Below are positions 28,547 to 31,198 of a stretch of 31,198 nt of DNA, in pieces; position 1 is the first letter of the stretch, and every line of letters starts with the position of its first letter. Below the pieces are notes generated by a model. It did no database searches. It had not been told where the DNA came from and worked only from the letters and a program-made list of their open reading frames with translations. The stretch comes from an uncultured cyanobacterium. Its GTDB lineage: Bacteria; Cyanobacteriota; Cyanobacteriia; Cyanobacteriales; CAWCAG01. The position numbers and the translations under genes are program-made. Where the stretch lies: positions 1-31,198 of the forward strand of contig CAWCAG010000008.1 in the NCBI GenBank assembly GCA_963793425.1, given 5' to 3'.

Positions 28547-28810
28547 TTAATGATTGCTGAGAAAGAGGATTAGAATGGTTGCTTTCTCGGCATAGTCCCA
28601 ATAGAAGCGGAGAAACATTGAAGCTGAAGAACCCCAAACCTTCCTATCTTTAAGTCGGTAATAGTGGGTTCGCAAACTTCTGTACTGAGGCCCCTGAATT
28701 GCTAACAGTTGAAAAGCTTTGTAATATTGCTTTTGCCAACTAGGAGCAAGGGTTTTGAGTTGTTTCTTCGCTTTGAGACTAAAAAGTAAAGAAAATTGTG
28801 GTGAAGACAC
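28547..28810 (-). CDS. RelE/ParE-superfamily toxin-like protein
   Basis: 87 aa, basic; LLFSLKAKKQLKTL...YRSLRTH...LRFYWDY...ILILFLSNH follows the RelE/YafQ-type pattern. Confidence 0.65.
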   Translation of the reverse strand: MSSPQFSLLFSLKAKKQLKTLAPSWQKQYYKAFQLLAIQGPQYRSLRTHYYRLKDRKVWGSSASMFLRFYWDYAEKATILILFLSNH

Positions 28811-28828
28811 AGGTAAAAAGTGGTAAAC

Positions 28829-28849
28829 TAGGGGCGCTAAACGCCCCTA
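28829..28849. terminator. Stem-loop after cas2
   Basis: TAGGGGCG / CGCCCCTA inverted repeat. Confidence 0.55.
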
Positions 28850-28865
28850 AGAGTTGAGCGAAAAT

Positions 28866-29144
28866 TCAAATTACAAAAGCTGGGTCATCAACAGAAAACT
28901 CTGGCTGCAAACCTAAGATGAGAACTTGCTTACGGGTACGCTCTGTCAGAGGATAAAACCGCAGTTGGTCTTCTTCTTCGTTAATCAGTTTCTGCAACCT
29001 TCTTTGTAACTTGAGATATTCAGCTTCCTCTGCCATGACTTCAAAAACTGACTTTTGTACCCTCAAGCCATAAGCTTCCAGCAATTTGGCTACCTTATTG
29101 CGACGGCTGTCTTGCACAATGTCGTAGCAAACTAGATAAAGCAT
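28866..29144 (-). CDS. cas2: CRISPR-associated endonuclease Cas2
   Basis: YLVCYDI, RVQKSVFE and DQLRFYPL. Confidence 0.96.
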   Translation of the reverse strand: MLYLVCYDIVQDSRRNKVAKLLEAYGLRVQKSVFEVMAEEAEYLKLQRRLQKLINEEEDQLRFYPLTERTRKQVLILGLQPEFSVDDPAFVI

Positions 29145-29195
29145 AGTAGGTAATAGGTTTTAGTTTTGTCTTCTCCCCAGCTCCCTAACGCCCAA

Positions 29196-31198
29196 TCACT
29201 TCTCCCAAAGCATAGGACGATAGTAGTCTGCATCTCCCATTAAGCAAGTAACGTACTCCCTTACTTGCAACTCTAAGCAGCGACGCAGGGTAACTTTGTA
29301 ACCTGTGTAGGGATGGGTCATTTCACTACGGAGTTTTTCTTCCCAATGTTTGAGGAACTTCTTGAGGGCATCAGGCAGGAGATAAACACCACCTCGTTCG
29401 TCTTGAGGAGTGAAATCTTCAGGAGTGAAGATTTTCTTATTCACCAGGTAAGCCACTTGGGAATCTACAACTTGAGCGCGAAACTCTTCCATTAAGTCAG
29501 AAACTAAGGCAGGATGGTTATCACGGGGGACGTGGAGGCTACCAAAATGGGTATGTAAACCTACAGTTTCAATAAAAGAGTGAACAATCTGACTAAGGAG
29601 GGTGTAGCCTAAACTGAGTAAGCTATTTACTGGGTCAGTGGGTGGACGTTTGCTACGATGCTCAAAGGTAAAACTAGAGTTAAACAGAGAACCCAGTCCC
29701 CGGAAATAAAGCTTTGCAGCATTACCTTCATAGCCTCGTAAGGAATCTAAAGATTCTGCTAGGGGTAAGTTATCAATAATTTGGGCAATTTCATTGATGG
29801 CAATAGTTGCACATTCACTCCTACGACGACGGTTTAAACGCATAAGCAGAACACGGGAGTTATGTAACTTCGCCCTAACAATAGTTTCTGCTTGTTGACG
29901 GGTAAATTCTGGGTCTTCAGCACACCTAGTTTGCTGTGCCAAGTAAGCCACCTTGGCCTGTCCTTCTGTTTCCAAACGACCGAAGTAACGACCCCTTTGG
30001 GAAAGATACAGGACAGGGATGCGCCGGGATAAAGCTAGTTTGATTGCGCCGTGGGTAATGTGGCAACAACCAAAGAGAATAATCTGACTAACCCGGTTGA
30101 CGGGGACTTGACAACGTAACTCACCGTGGAAAAAGATCCGGAATTGGTAGTTTTGCGCCCTTAACAGGGAACCTTGTTCGATTAGATAAAGAGTAGTCAT
30201 TTCTTCTGCAAAGTAGTATTTAGGGTTAATAAGAGTTGGTACAGAAGCCTGTTTCTGTAAGTTGCAAACCTTGGGAGGACGGGAGAGAAAGGAATGAATG
30301 TAAATAGGTCGGGGTTTGCGGGGTACACCAGAGGGATCTAGGATTAACTTTCCTTTGCTAGGAAGTCGGGGGGGTGGTGCAAACACCTTGCCTTGGCGAA
30401 ATTGGTAGCCAAGAAAGGTAAACTCTTCTTCTGGGGAGAAGATGCGGGTTTTCTCTGGTTGGAGGTTGAGGAATATCTTTCTTACCCAAATAGCTAGTAA
30501 GCTTAAGGTATATTTAGCTTCTTCTAGGCTCGAACAAGCTACGACAAAGTCATCACCGTAGCGAACAAACTTGATGCCATTACTAAGGCAACTATGGTCA
30601 AATTCGTTCAGATACAAGTTAGCTAAAGCACCGGAAAGGATTGAACCTTGCAAAACCCCTTTTTTAGGGTAGAGACGGCGACCTTGGATAACAATGCCTG
30701 ATTTGAGTTGTTGCCCAATCAGTTGTAGAATAACTTCCTCAGTTTCCATCTGCTCCAACGCAGCTAGTAGTAGAGCTTGGCAGATACTATCAAAGAAGTT
30801 AGCAATGTCAGATTTAATCACCCAACAAGGCTGCATTTGGTAGTAGAAGTAGAAGTGTTTGACAGCGATTTGAATACCACGGTTAGGGCGATAGGCATAG
30901 CTGCAATCAGCAAACTGTTTTTCTAAAGAGAGATAAATTTCCTCTAGCAGCCACCTTTGGACTATGCGGTCTTTAACTGTGGGTATTCCTAGTAAGCGTT
31001 GACCACCATTGCGTTTGGGAAGATAGAATCCTCTAGCTGGGCTAGGAAAATAGGTTTCTTCTCCTAACTGTTGTTGCAGGGTCTTGAGTTGCTCTGTGGC
31101 AACCCCTGCAAACAGGTCTGTAGTGATGCCATCAATTCCTGGGCTACGACTTCCTTTGCGAACCAAGTTCCAAGCATATTTAAGTTCAGGAAATGTTA
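29196..31198 (-). CDS. cas1: Reverse transcriptase-Cas1 fusion (5' end outside window)
   Basis: Group II intron-like RT motifs (PGIDG, LGIPTVKDR, QGSILS, RYGDD, FLGY) fused to Cas1 (TLYLIEQG, RGYEG, NSLLSLGY, DLMEEFR). The frame is open to the window edge. Confidence 0.95.
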   Translation of the reverse strand, partial: TFPELKYAWNLVRKGSRSPGIDGITTDLFAGVATEQLKTLQQQLGEETYFPSPARGFYLPKRNGGQRLLGIPTVKDRIVQRWLLEEIYLSLEKQFADCSYAYRPNRGIQIAVKHFYFYYQMQPCWVIKSDIANFFDSICQALLLAALEQMETEEVILQLIGQQLKSGIVIQGRRLYPKKGVLQGSILSGALANLYLNEFDHSCLSNGIKFVRYGDDFVVACSSLEEAKYTLSLLAIWVRKIFLNLQPEKTRIFSPEEEFTFLGYQFRQGKVFAPPPRLPSKGKLILDPSGVPRKPRPIYIHSFLSRPPKVCNLQKQASVPTLINPKYYFAEEMTTLYLIEQGSLLRAQNYQFRIFFHGELRCQVPVNRVSQIILFGCCHITHGAIKLALSRRIPVLYLSQRGRYFGRLETEGQAKVAYLAQQTRCAEDPEFTRQQAETIVRAKLHNSRVLLMRLNRRRRSECATIAINEIAQIIDNLPLAESLDSLRGYEGNAAKLYFRGLGSLFNSSFTFEHRSKRPPTDPVNSLLSLGYTLLSQIVHSFIETVGLHTHFGSLHVPRDNHPALVSDLMEEFRAQVVDSQVAYLVNKKIFTPEDFTPQDERGGVYLLPDALKKFLKHWEEKLRSEMTHPYTGYKVTLRRCLELQVREYVTCLMGDADYYRPMLWEK

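Overview
Cyanobacterial accessory/defence region; HIP1 octamers (GCGATCGC) are frequent throughout. The left part holds a GT4 glycosyltransferase-methyltransferase gene running off the window edge, a galE gene destroyed by IS630 and IS4 insertions, several orphan ORFs with short dispersed HIP1-linked repeats, and a protelomerase-like tyrosine recombinase. The rest is a large type III-B-variant CRISPR-Cas locus. In order: cas10/cmr2, cmr3, cmr4, cmr5, a cmr6-cmr1 fusion, an Rpn nuclease gene interrupted by an IS200/IS605 element (tnpA+tnpB), array 1 (20 repeats), array 2 (5 repeats), a frameshifted CARF-HEPN (Csx1/Csm6-like) gene, a small hydrophobic ORF, a kinase-WYL regulator, array 3 (8 repeats, minus strand), a solitary repeat, an HTH / hypothetical / RelE-like trio, cas2, and an RT-Cas1 fusion truncated by the window edge. 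No cas6 is visible. Main leads: (1) an identical 12-bp box (TCGTCATTCGCA) at a near-fixed distance upstream of three transcription units, a candidate WYL regulon; (2) a RelE-like toxin operon between cas2 and array 3, ending in a solitary repeat + 41-nt spacer-like segment + hairpin; (3) an HD-less Cas10 with a Cmr4 that appears to lack its catalytic Asp; (4) a spacer antisense to a leucine-rich-repeat gene; (5) loop-hypervariable repeats in array 3. All family calls come from motif recognition by eye, not database searches.
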